A stretch of 16,633 nt of DNA. It comes from Selaginella moellendorffii. Lineage: Eukaryota; Plantae; Lycopodiophyta. Position 1 is the first letter of the stretch; every line of letters begins with the position of its first letter. Below the pieces are notes generated by a model that worked only from the letters and a program-made list of their open reading frames with translations, did not search any database and was not told the DNA's origin. The DNA is taken from the NCBI RefSeq assembly GCF_000143415.4, contig NW_003314302.1:1-16633 (forward strand). The letters are read 5' to 3'. Both the position numbers and the translations under genes were made by a program. Below, in pieces: positions 1 to 9,509 of this stretch.

Positions 1-3
1 TAC

Positions 4-951
4 CATATAGTTTCTTCCACAGTTTCCATGAAGGAGTCACGGGTCAATTTACCTGCAAAGGGAAAGAAATCATCTCAAAGCTGCCGAAAAGAAGATTCTT
101 ACCATAAACAATTATGGGCTGGACACCTGGGTCTTTGATGAAAACTACTGCCGGTGCCAACTCTAATCCAAGCCTGCTTCACACGCAAAAGCATGAATCA
201 ATTCACGTGATTATCACTAAAACTACCGGCTTTTCCAAATCGAGCCTCCCTCTTGCCTCCACAAAACACATCCGAAAGACGTCAACTCGGAGTACTTCTT
301 GGCCGCTTCTCTTACAAATGGAAGTGCATGCTCTCCTGTGTCAGAAAAAAGAATAACTTTCACCTAAAAAGAAGTGCAAAAGAGAGAGATTTTGATTAGC
401 ATCGTAGGATTTTGTTTATGTTACTATACCAGCACCTTATGCGGTCCAGATTTTTGAATGAACTTGGGTATCTGTGTGACTTTAGTCAGTACTTGTTTTA
501 GAATTTAGTGAAAATTGTGGCTACCAAGTTCTGGAAGAATAATAACGAATGCGAGGAAGATCGAGAAGCAGCATTGCTGTCCCAGTCCAGTATAGAATCG
601 TAGCTGAGGCCTTTGGAGTACCTACAGTGTTCGTCAGGAAAAGCGGAACAAGGCTTCATGAATTTACCGAATCAGGCATTTTAATTTCCTACACCCCAGT
701 GGCTTGGCAACAAGAGATGGAATCCCTGAAGAAAAAAATGAAAGAAAATGAAAGAAAATAGGAGGTTTACGTGTTTACCATGGCGTCTGATCCACCTCTT
801 TCCTGCCAAGAGCTTTGCGAGTTGAACTTCTCCTAGTTCGACTCTCAAAAGATTAACTTGGCCTTCGAGAACTTCCGCTGGAACCACGAACAGCATGGCT
901 GGAAAAAACACGAACATGCAAAGCATTACCCAGCCTTTCCCACACTGGTGA
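4..951 (-). pseudogene. 5'-truncated DNAJC16-like (Arabidopsis At1g18700-like DnaJ/thioredoxin-fold) gene fragment, no J-domain; runs off the left edge
   Basis: Phase-consistent GT-AG exons ~951-930, 877-779, 725-668, 621-525, 471-436, 363-227, 173-103, 52-4. Translation: SPVWERL/AEVLEGQVNLLRVELGEVQLAKLLA..GIPSLVAKPLGCRKLKCLIR..IPKFIQKSGPHK/VKVILFSDTGEHALPFVREAAKKY..VLWRQE..APAVVFIKDPGVQPIIVYG. This matches the recalled plant DNAJC16-like sequence (LELGDVQL..GLPSI..DCLIR..KVKVILFSKTGERA..APAIVIMKDPG). Confidence 0.8.
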
Positions 952-1011
952 GATCACAAACTTGGAAACGCAAATGAATTCGCGAGTTTAAAACCAGCAC
1001 AATGTATGTAC

Positions 1012-1589
1012 CTGTGTCCAGAATATAAACGTCGTTTAGATAGGCATTACCAGCATCCTCGCCACCCATGACAACGAAACAGTTCTTATAAAAAGAGCAG
1101 GTATGGCTATCCTGAGGAATAGGCGAGACTCCAGTGGTAGAAATCTTCTTCCAGACAAAAGTATCTACAGGAAAAAAAAAGTTTAGAAGAAAACAAGGAA
1201 AGATAACAGGATATTACTCGTGTTCAAAACATGGAGGTCATTGTAGTACTACTCCTCTGAGGGATCGCTGGATTTCCCACATCCCCCAAACACAAACAGG
1301 TTGTCACCGATGAGAGACGCGCTATGTCCTTCTCTCAGAGCAGGAACATCACCAAAAACGTCAGGTTTCCCCCAGGTGTTGGTAGCTGCATCAGGTGATA
1401 AGAACAAGAAAAAAACAATCGATAGAACTCGGAGCTTACCAGTATCCAAAACAAAGAGATCGTTGAGCGGGCTGGTTCCATCGGTACCACCAAACACATA
1501 GAGCTTAGACTTGACGGCCGTTGAGCTGTGGCTGTCTCGAGGAGAAGGGTGCGTTCCTTTCATCACAGGCTTGCTCCAGGTGTACGTCC
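1012..1589 (-). pseudogene. Kelch-repeat beta-propeller gene fragment (At1g18610/At1g74150-like) with an in-frame stop, truncated at both ends
   Basis: Exons 1589-1440, 1385-1218, 1164-1012 (introns 54 and 53 bp). Kelch motifs PRDSHS..LYVFGG, REGHSA..LFVFGG, QDSHT..VVMGGED..YLNDVYILDT. TAG at 1249-1251 interrupts SEE*YYNDLHVL. Confidence 0.9.
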
Positions 1590-1797
1590 CTGCGCAATCC
1601 CACCAGAAGAGTGAAGAACCGATGACAACGTGAATCCCCTCGTAATCCAATCTGCAAAGCATACATAAGCAAAGCATTCCCTCCCAGTCGATGGAGCGGT
1701 TGCAAATCTAGAATTGAAACAGTGCCTCCCATATTGCCATCTTGGCCGTCTATATCAATCTTCACAGATTTGGATAGTCGGATTAATCATACTCCCT

Positions 1798-1887
1798 TAT
1801 TTAAACGTGCTATTGGCATATGGCATCCGGCGTCTTTTATTCCATTTTTAGAATATTATTTCTGAATATGCTTATAATCTAACGGTT
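1798..1887 (-). promoter_or_regulatory. Possible core promoter: TATA-like TTTAAATA, CCAAT and an MSA-like MYB3R site
   Basis: On the - strand, TTTAAATA at 1798-1805 and CCAAT at 1812-1816. On the + strand, TCTAACGGTT at 1878-1887 fits the YCYAACGGYY MSA consensus. These motifs are short and could occur by chance. Confidence 0.25.
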
Positions 1888-2014
1888 GAAATTGAAAAAA
1901 TTCAAATAGATGGAATAGATCAAAGTGCCAAGGGGTGGCAACTCTTCAAATTTGAATTTGATGACCCTCCAAATCAAGTGAAACTTTTAGGGAGATCGAG
2001 CAGATTGTGAGCTG

Positions 2015-2018
<4 letters not shown>

Positions 2019-2108
<90 letters not shown>
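2019..2108. repeat. (CT)45 / (GA)45 microsatellite, followed by a degenerate (GTGTCT)n tail to ~2132
   Basis: Perfect dinucleotide run directly visible in the sequence. Confidence 0.99.
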
Positions 2109-2112
<4 letters not shown>

Positions 2113-2172
2113 CTGTGTGTCTGTGTGTCTCTGTGGTGGTGAACGCAGCAGCGGGAGTGTGCATACCCTTTG

Positions 2173-3118
2173 CAAAAGGCTGGATCGTTGATTGTTCATC
2201 GCCATTCACAACACACGCACAGGTCAATGGCGGACAGTCTGAAGAATACGATCTCCAGCTCTGTGACAACTTCCCCACTGGTTGATGCTCCCGGATTTCT
2301 CACCCTGTCACGGATTTCTCCCGGATTTCTCTTGATCTCTGATGCTAACGTGGTTTCTGTTGCACAGGAGCGAGTAACAGAGGGCTGTTTGGGAGTTCAA
2401 GAATTTTTTTTCTTTTGCTCGTGTCCAGAAAACCAACGACTTTTGGGGTAAACACTCTAAAGCCGTGTATCTAAACTCTCGGGATGCTATTAGAAAGATT
2501 CATGAGCGCATGTTTAGTCTGATGACTTCTCCAGTTTTCTTGCTTGTTTGAAATGCAGATTCAAATTAGTGGCGAGAAACTGAATCCACCATTTTCAGCC
2601 TGTCAAATCTCTTGGTTTTGGTGGCAGAAACAAAAGGCTGGATCGTTGATTGTTCATCGCCATTCGCGACACATGCACAGGTCAATGGCGGACAGTCTGA
2701 AGAACACGATCTCCAGCACTGTGACGAGTTCCCCACTGGCTGATGCTCCCGGATTTCTCACGCTGCCACGCCAAGTGCTTGCAACACGATTCCCAGCGTG
2801 CAAATGGCTGAACTCTCATTTCTCTTGATCTCTGAGGCTAACTTGGTTTTTGTTGCGCAGGAGCGAGTAACAGAGGGCTGTTTGGGAGTTCAAGATTTTG
2901 TTTCTTTTATTCGTGTCCAGACAACCAATGGCCTTTGGGCTAAACACTCTAAAGTCGTTTATCTAAACTCTCGGGATGCTATTAGAAAGGTTCATAAGCC
3001 TATGTTTAGTCTGATAACTTCTCCAGTTTTCTTGTTTGTTTGAAATGCAGATTCAAACTAGTGGCGCGAAACTGACTCCACCATTTTCAGCCTGTCAAAT
3101 CTCTTGATTTTGGTGACA
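2173..3118 (+). repeat. Diverged tandem duplication, period 458 bp (copy 1 2173-2630, copy 2 2631-~3118)
   Basis: Both copies begin CAAAAGGCTGGATCGTTGATTGTTCATCGCCATTC and end ..CCACCATTTTCAGCCTGTCAAATCTCTTG(G/A)TTTTGGTG, with scattered substitutions. Copy 1 lacks the segment at ~2771-2818 of copy 2 and has a local CGGATTTCTC duplication instead. Confidence 0.95.
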
Positions 3119-3546
3119 CAGGAAGGCAAGTTTTTTCATAGTCGTTTCTTAATTATGGGATTAAAAAGCCTTTTTGTGATGCAAGTGTACAATCCCTCCT
3201 GTTCGCCATGTTGTGTGTGCCATACAAACTTGTCAAAGGAAAAATATTTATACCCAGTCAATGGTCATGTCATTGTTTGATACGACTTTGGAAGATCAAG
3301 AAACTGCAAATTTTATGGTACGTTTTCTCTTTCTTGTGTTGTTCTTGTTGACGATTTCTTTAGGTCAGAGATATGCTGGAGGTTTGGAGGTGACAGTGTT
3401 GTCAAGACATGATGCAGCTGCAGACCTGGTTCAGATGTATGCATATTCTCAGTGCTTCTTTACATGTGCATATTTTACTGCCTCTTATTATGTACAACAA
3501 GGACTACGTGCTTGGGCAGCTCATATATGATCAAGCAACGAAGAGA

Positions 3547-3621
3547 CTGCCTGGTGCTCCTGGATCTCTCATCCTGTCGCGCCAAGGGCTTGCAACAAGA
3601 TTCCCAGCGTGCATATGGCTC
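3547..3621 (+). repeat. Third, partial and more diverged copy of the duplicated unit (homologous to 2736-2810)
   Basis: CTGCCTGGTGCTCCTGGATCTCTCATCCTGTCGCGCCAAGGGCTTGCAACAAGATTCCCAGCGTGCATATGGCTC aligns without gaps to 2736-2810. Confidence 0.85.
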
Positions 3622-4174
3622 GAGGTGGTAAAGCTGACTCACCCTTGTTTTACCTGTAGTGCCGTTTTTGTTTTGTTGTGTGGATCAACTGCTAAGGCGT
3701 TCTTAAGGTGTCAGAGGATGATTATTCAGTGAGTGTGAGACAGATGAGCAAGAAAAACGGAAGCGCCTTCACAAGCATTGGATCCAAGAGCAGACACACC
3801 AAAAAAAATATTCTCTGGCATTTACATTATCTGGAGATGAGGTCAGACACACACCTACAGCTTACCCCTGCATTTGCAAAAGCCCCATTGGAAATGGCGA
3901 CAAGAAATGTGTCAAATAGCACAAGAGAATGATACAGCTAACTTCCAAAACAATCATTCATTCATATGTAGGCCTTTGATGTTTTGAAAAAATGAGAGAT
4001 GAAAACAAGAATAGAAAGAAGTTTTGAAAAGCTATGTCTTTAAAGCTTCCACTCCTTTTAAAGAAATACACACTCAAATATATCAAAACATTCTCCCAAT
4101 TTTACAAAACACTTCAAAAACTAAACTGCCACCTTTTGCAAGCATTATATATGAAAAAAGATCCTTGTTACAAC

Positions 4175-4545
4175 CACCAAACTCCTGTGCCGTCTGCAAA
4201 GCAGTGCTTAGATCTCAGTACATTCGACAAGCTACCAGCAGACTCTCTCACTCCTCTTGCCCAGCATCCCCTTGGAATCCTTAAGCTTCCCGGCCCTTGC
4301 AAACACATGCTGCTGAAGCGATCTGCAGTGAGATTCAAGCCATTGCTGCAGACTCCAAGAACTGCCACACGTTCACGAAAGCGATCTCCTCCTATTTCAA
4401 GGCCATGGCATGGAAGAGCTCTAGAGCTTCCCGTCCTTGTCTAGAGAGCAAAGCCCATCACCATGGAGTTTCACATCATTTACATGGGCCTCTTGTACTT
4501 TGCCTGCTCAAGCTTGCCATCGTGCCATCATAGAGAGCCATGATA
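4175..4545 (-). pseudogene. Heavily decayed PLS-class pentatricopeptide repeat (PPR) gene remnant including the E-domain start
   Basis: Blocks in shifting frames but in canonical order: GKLEQAK (4518-4498), NSMVMGFAL (from 4470), QGREALELFHAMAL, VFARAGKLKDSKGML, SLLVACRMY*DL. Multiple stops, frameshifts and deletions. Confidence 0.75.
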
Positions 4546-5069
4546 TTGAGTTTCTCCCTGGCCATCTTGCCAAAAGGGATTCACCCTCTGTAATCTTTTA
4601 ACCCGGGCTATCATATCGGTATGTCTCTGTAATTTTTTATCCCCAAGTCCAATGATTCTGCCCCAAATGAAAAACTGAATGACAGAAAAAGCTGTGGTAA
4701 AACTCTTTACTGTCAAAGGCTTTTCGAGAGTGTACCTAAACAGACACGTAGGCTAAGAAAAACTGTTTCAAATCATAGAAAAAAGGACTGCACAATTAGG
4801 TTGCTTTCGCATTTGTCAAGAGGTAATTTTGTTTCTATGTTTTCTGAGCTTTGTTTTTCCCGGCTTTGTAATGTTGTTCTGCTCCAAAATATAGGGACCC
4901 CAAGCATCATATTAAGGAGCTGTGCTTCTGCCAGCACTTTGTTTCAGTGTGCTTCTATTTTCTTGTGGTTTGGCTATTAGTCTATTTACTTATTTTCACC
5001 ATCTAGAGCCTGCACACGCTGTCTAAGCTTCTATTTTCTAAAAGAGATTGTAAAATCTCCTACAGATCA

Positions 5070-8000
5070 ATGGGTGGCAAAAGAAAGAGGAAAACATGTG
5101 ATCTAATTTTACATGAAGGCTGTATAATAAAAAAAAGTTCAACAACTTTGAATTCATCTCTATATATGAATAGAAGCATGGATGTAAGTGTGAGAAACCT
5201 GGTATCCTTTGAAGAACCCCCAACAATTCCAAGATTGATACCCATAGAAAAGACTTTTAGAAACACTGTTGAAATTATTACCCTACCTGTTAATGAAGTA
5301 AATCTTGGAAATGGAATTGAAAGCATGGAAAACACTAAACATTTAGGACTCTTGCAAAACAACATAGACGGTAAATGTAAAGTAGATTATATTGGACTCA
5401 TGGACAAACATTGTGACTATTGTAAAGCTTTTCTTTTTGCTTCAGAAACACAATCACAATGCTGTCATGGTGGACGTGTGTCTATAGAAAAACAAATTGA
5501 GTTCCCTGAACTGATTCGTAAATTATTAGATGGAACAGACCAACGAGGAAAATTCAAAGAATTAATTCGAAATTATAACAGTGCTTTGGCATTTGCATCT
5601 ATGGGGGCAAATATTGATGAAATGATTGGCAATGGACCATATTATTTTAAAATTCATGGACAAGTATACCATTCAATTGGCAGTTTCCGTCCTAAGCAAG
5701 GTCATGATGCAAAATATTCTCAACTTTATATTTTAGACACACTAGAAGCTACAGAAACAAGAATGAAAAGTAAATATAACAGTAAATGTGATACAACACT
5801 AATGAATGAATTAGATGCTTTATTACGAGAAATTAATCCATATGCAAAGGCATTTAAAATGCTAAAAGATGTGGAAGATGAGCTTCATATGACAAGTTCA
5901 AATATAAATAATGGACTACATAATATTGTAATGTATATAAAAGGTGAAAATACAATAGATCCAAGAAGATATAATGCACCAAATTCAAATGAAGTTGCTG
6001 CAGTGTTTACAAACCCTACTGGGGAGCCTCCGTTTAACCGTAGTATTGCAATACATCCGAAAGGTGAAAGTATGCAAGAGATATCAATTGTGACATCATG
6101 TTGTGATCCTATGGTATATCCACTGCTTTTTCCAAATGGAAATGAAGGCTGGTCACCAAATTTAAAATACACAGACAAGGGTTTGTCTTTAAAAAGAACT
6201 AAGATAACAATGATGGAGTATTATCGCTACAAGTTTGCTATTCGTGGTTTGATAAGAGATAGTTTTAAGATTATTGAATTCAATTCAGTTTTAATGGGTG
6301 GAAAATTATCCCAACAATACATGGTTGACATGTACACTAAAGTAGAGGGTGGTCGTCTCGATTGGATAAAAAACCATCAACGAGAATTAAGAGCTGAAGC
6401 ATACGGAGGTCTTTCTGATTTTGTTATAAACAGAGCAGAACAACAAGGGATACGTGCTGGAAAACTTGTGATTTTGCCATCAGGATTTATCGGTGGACCG
6501 AGAAATATGAATCAAAATTATCAAGACGCTATGAGTTTAGTAAGAAAATATGGAAAACCTGATTTATTTATTACGATGACGTGTAACCCAAAATGGCAAG
6601 AGATAACTGAGAATTTATTACCAGGACAAAGTTCTTCAGACAGACCAGATTTGGTAGCACGTGTTTTCCATGCTAAAAAACAAAAACTTATAGATGACAT
6701 ATACAAAGAAGAAATATTTGGAAAAGTTAATGCATATGTGTATGTAATTGAGTACCAAAAACGAGGACTACCACATTGTCATCTACTTGTAATTCTTAAA
6801 AATGAGAATAAAATCAAAACTGTAGATGATGTAGACAACATTGTTAGTGCAGAAATACCAGACCCAAACAGTGATCCTGAATTGTATGAACTTGTGAAAA
6901 AACATATGATACATGGTCCATGTGGTCCTGGATTTCCTGAAAGTCCATGTTACAAAAAAGGTGAATGTAAATCTCGATATCCACGAGATTACTGTGAAGA
7001 GACAAAAAATATCAGTGGCCAATTCCCAGAGTATAAAAGACGTTATGATAGTCATAAAATCTACATTAAAAATAATGAAATTGACAATAGGTTTGTTGTT
7101 CCTTATAGTAAGTATCTTTTGCGTAAATATAAAACTCATATTAATGTAGAGGTTTGCTCAACTGTGAAAAGTGTGAAATATATTTTTAAATATATATATA
7201 AAGGCCATGATTGTGCAGAGATACATTTTCACAAAGAAGGAAACATAGAGAACGAGAATATTCTTGATTGGAATGAAATAAATGCATTCAGAAATTGCCG
7301 TTATGTATCAGCTGCTGAAGGAATGTGGAGGTTATTTGGATATGATTTACATGGAAGATCACATTCAATTGAAAGATTAGATGTGCACTTACCAAATTTG
7401 CAAAGTGTTTACTTCAATGAGGGTGAAGAAGAAATTGCATTAGAGAAAGGTCATAGAACAAAACTTACTGAATGGTTTGAATTGAATAAAAGAGATGAAT
7501 TTGCAAGAACATTGACATATCCAGAAATTCCGGAATGGTATATTTGGAATGCAAAAACTAAAACATGGGTAAAAAGACAACGAGGTTGGAAAGTTATAGG
7601 TAGAATGTACACTGTACCACCGAAAGATAGTGAACGATTTTATATGCGATTATTATTGTTGTATAATAAAGGTGCAACAAGTTTTAAACATTTACGTAAT
7701 TGGAAAAACATACAATATGATAGCTATCGAGAAGTTGCACAAACGATGGGATTATTACAGGATGACCAAGAATGGGATAGATGTCTGGAGGAGTCTCTCA
7801 CATTTCAAATGCCTTCTAAAATTAGATATTTATTTGGAATAATGTGTCTCTTTTGTGAGGTTAATGATCCTAAGAAATTATGGAATAAATACAAAGTAGA
7901 TATGTGTGAGGATTTAATACGTAAATACAATGATGAGGATGTAGCATATGCACATGCACTTCAAGAGTTGTCTCTTTTACTAGAACAACATGGGAAATGC

Positions 8001-9509
8001 CTTTCAGATTATGATATTACTATACCATGTACTACATATCTAGAAAATAATAAAGAAAGAACCAATATATATGAGGATGAAATGTTTGAATACCAAGATA
8101 TTGAAAGAAACAAATTGTTACTGAATAAAGATCAACAATATGTCTTTGACAAAGTATGTAAAGCATTGGATGATAAAAATGAACCACAAATATTTTTTAT
8201 CGATGGTGTAGGAGGAACAGGAAAATCATTTCTATTCAATACATTAATAACACATTCACGAGCACTTGGAAGAAAGACTTTGTCTGTAACATGGACAGGA
8301 ATTGCAAGCACACTATTAATTGGTGGTCGCACAGTACATTCTACATTTAAACTACCTGTACCAGTCACTGAAACATGTACATCTGATTTAAGGGAAAATT
8401 CAAAGGAGGCTGATGAAATTAGAAAAACAGACTTACTAATTTGGGACGAAATAAGTATGGTTCCAATACATGCATTTAATGCTGTAGAACGTGTAATACG
8501 TGACATTAAAGGTTGTTCTGATAAATTTGGTGGTATAACTGTTGTAACTGGTGGTGATTTTAGACAAACACTACCTGTGCTTAAAAGAGCACGACGGGTT
8601 CAAATTGTACAAAATAGTGTTAAGTCAAGTTTTATATGGCCCTTTGTAGTGAAATATACACTTACAGAAAATATGCGTGTTAACAAAGATGAAAAGGAGT
8701 GGTCAGAGTGGTTAATTAAACTTGGAAATGGTAATTTACCAAGACTTGATGGATATGAAGATGATATAGTAGAACTACCAAAAAAATGTACAACCAAGAA
8801 TTCCATGATAGATGTTGTATTTGGTCAAAAAGTGTTACCTTCTATAAGTAACTCACAAAAAGCAATCTTAACTACATTGAATGATCATTCGTTAGATATA
8901 AATGAACAAGTTCTAACAAGGATGTCAGGAAGACTGTTTTCTTTTAAAAGTGTGGATACAATTGATAGTGATTCCTTTGAAGAAATACTGGACTACCCAG
9001 TAGAATATCTAAATTCCATAACACCATCTGGGATGCCTCCGCATAACTTAAATATAAAAATTGGAAGTATTGTGATGCTTCTACGAAATCTTGATGTAAA
9101 AAAAGGTTTATGTAATGGTACTAAGTTAATGATTACATCAGCGTTACAAAATGTAATAGAAGCAAAAATATTACATGGAGATAGAGAAGGAAAAAAAGTC
9201 TTACTACCAAGAATCATACTAAAACCTACAGATGGTGACATGCCATTTGTATTAAAAAGACGACAATTTCCTTTGAGACTTGCATTCTCAATTACAATAT
9301 GCAAATCACAGGGCCAAACTTTAAATAATGTTGGAATCTTCTTACCACGTCCTGTTTTTGGACATGGGCAATTGTATGTTGCACTATCACGATGTACCTC
9401 TAAAGACCGAATAGTTATATGCGTAGAGGAATGTAAGAACCAAGGTAAACTTAAAAAGAGACCACAAATTACATACACAAAGAATATAGTCTACAAGGAA
9501 ATTTTATAG
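5070..9509 (+). CDS. RepHel: Helitron Rep/helicase transposase (HUH Y2 endonuclease + PIF1-like SF1B helicase), 1479 aa, intronless and intact
   Basis: N-terminal KRKRK and a Zn-finger-like CDYC..QCCHGG. Rep motifs DLFITMTCNPKW (~6561), EYQKRGLPHCH (HUH, 6774-6782), KYIFKYIYKG (~7176). Helicase motifs GVGGTGKS (8205), WDEISM (~8442), GGDFRQTLPV, LTENMR, KSQGQT, HGQLYVALSR. Confidence 0.98.
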   Translation: MGGKRKRKTCDLILHEGCIIKKSSTTLNSSLYMNRSMDVSVRNLVSFEEPPTIPRLIPIEKTFRNTVEIITLPVNEVNLGNGIESMENTKHLGLLQNNIDGKCKVDYIGLMDKHCDYCKAFLFASETQSQCCHGGRVSIEKQIEFPELIRKLLDGTDQRGKFKELIRNYNSALAFASMGANIDEMIGNGPYYFKIHGQVYHSIGSFRPKQGHDAKYSQLYILDTLEATETRMKSKYNSKCDTTLMNELDALLREINPYAKAFKMLKDVEDELHMTSSNINNGLHNIVMYIKGENTIDPRRYNAPNSNEVAAVFTNPTGEPPFNRSIAIHPKGESMQEISIVTSCCDPMVYPLLFPNGNEGWSPNLKYTDKGLSLKRTKITMMEYYRYKFAIRGLIRDSFKIIEFNSVLMGGKLSQQYMVDMYTKVEGGRLDWIKNHQRELRAEAYGGLSDFVINRAEQQGIRAGKLVILPSGFIGGPRNMNQNYQDAMSLVRKYGKPDLFITMTCNPKWQEITENLLPGQSSSDRPDLVARVFHAKKQKLIDDIYKEEIFGKVNAYVYVIEYQKRGLPHCHLLVILKNENKIKTVDDVDNIVSAEIPDPNSDPELYELVKKHMIHGPCGPGFPESPCYKKGECKSRYPRDYCEETKNISGQFPEYKRRYDSHKIYIKNNEIDNRFVVPYSKYLLRKYKTHINVEVCSTVKSVKYIFKYIYKGHDCAEIHFHKEGNIENENILDWNEINAFRNCRYVSAAEGMWRLFGYDLHGRSHSIERLDVHLPNLQSVYFNEGEEEIALEKGHRTKLTEWFELNKRDEFARTLTYPEIPEWYIWNAKTKTWVKRQRGWKVIGRMYTVPPKDSERFYMRLLLLYNKGATSFKHLRNWKNIQYDSYREVAQTMGLLQDDQEWDRCLEESLTFQMPSKIRYLFGIMCLFCEVNDPKKLWNKYKVDMCEDLIRKYNDEDVAYAHALQELSLLLEQHGKCLSDYDITIPCTTYLENNKERTNIYEDEMFEYQDIERNKLLLNKDQQYVFDKVCKALDDKNEPQIFFIDGVGGTGKSFLFNTLITHSRALGRKTLSVTWTGIASTLLIGGRTVHSTFKLPVPVTETCTSDLRENSKEADEIRKTDLLIWDEISMVPIHAFNAVERVIRDIKGCSDKFGGITVVTGGDFRQTLPVLKRARRVQIVQNSVKSSFIWPFVVKYTLTENMRVNKDEKEWSEWLIKLGNGNLPRLDGYEDDIVELPKKCTTKNSMIDVVFGQKVLPSISNSQKAILTTLNDHSLDINEQVLTRMSGRLFSFKSVDTIDSDSFEEILDYPVEYLNSITPSGMPPHNLNIKIGSIVMLLRNLDVKKGLCNGTKLMITSALQNVIEAKILHGDREGKKVLLPRIILKPTDGDMPFVLKRRQFPLRLAFSITICKSQGQTLNNVGIFLPRPVFGHGQLYVALSRCTSKDRIVICVEECKNQGKLKKRPQITYTKNIVYKEIL

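Noticed and set aside
1946-2285. ORFs encoding (ER)n or (LS)n repeats
   Set aside because: They are translations of the (CT)45 microsatellite.
3057-3085. ACTAGT with a nearby GTGG..CCAC as a minus-strand Helitron 3' end
   Set aside because: The stem is only ~4 bp and abuts the CTAG, and the duplicate copy reads ATTAGT. It is not a canonical hairpin-spacer-CTRR end.
2736-3621. Conserved peptide APGxLxLxRQxLATRFPACxWL in the repeat copies
   Set aside because: Codon comparison of 2736-2810 with 3547-3621 shows more replacement than silent changes, so there is no sign of coding constraint.
3185-3932. Plus-strand ORFs with one intron-like segment (~3318-3363)
   Set aside because: In-frame stops, no consistent gene model and no recognisable family.
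4024-4533. Plus-strand ORFs of 78-136 aa
   Set aside because: They are largely antisense to the PPR remnant and have no independent support.
5001-5007. A|TCTAGA as the Helitron 5' TC terminus
   Set aside because: A TC dinucleotide alone is uninformative, the site leaves no room for a promoter, and it looks more like a splice acceptor.
5038-9478. Many minus-strand and alternate-frame ORFs overlapping RepHel
   Set aside because: Shadow ORFs of a long coding sequence with no recognisable motifs.
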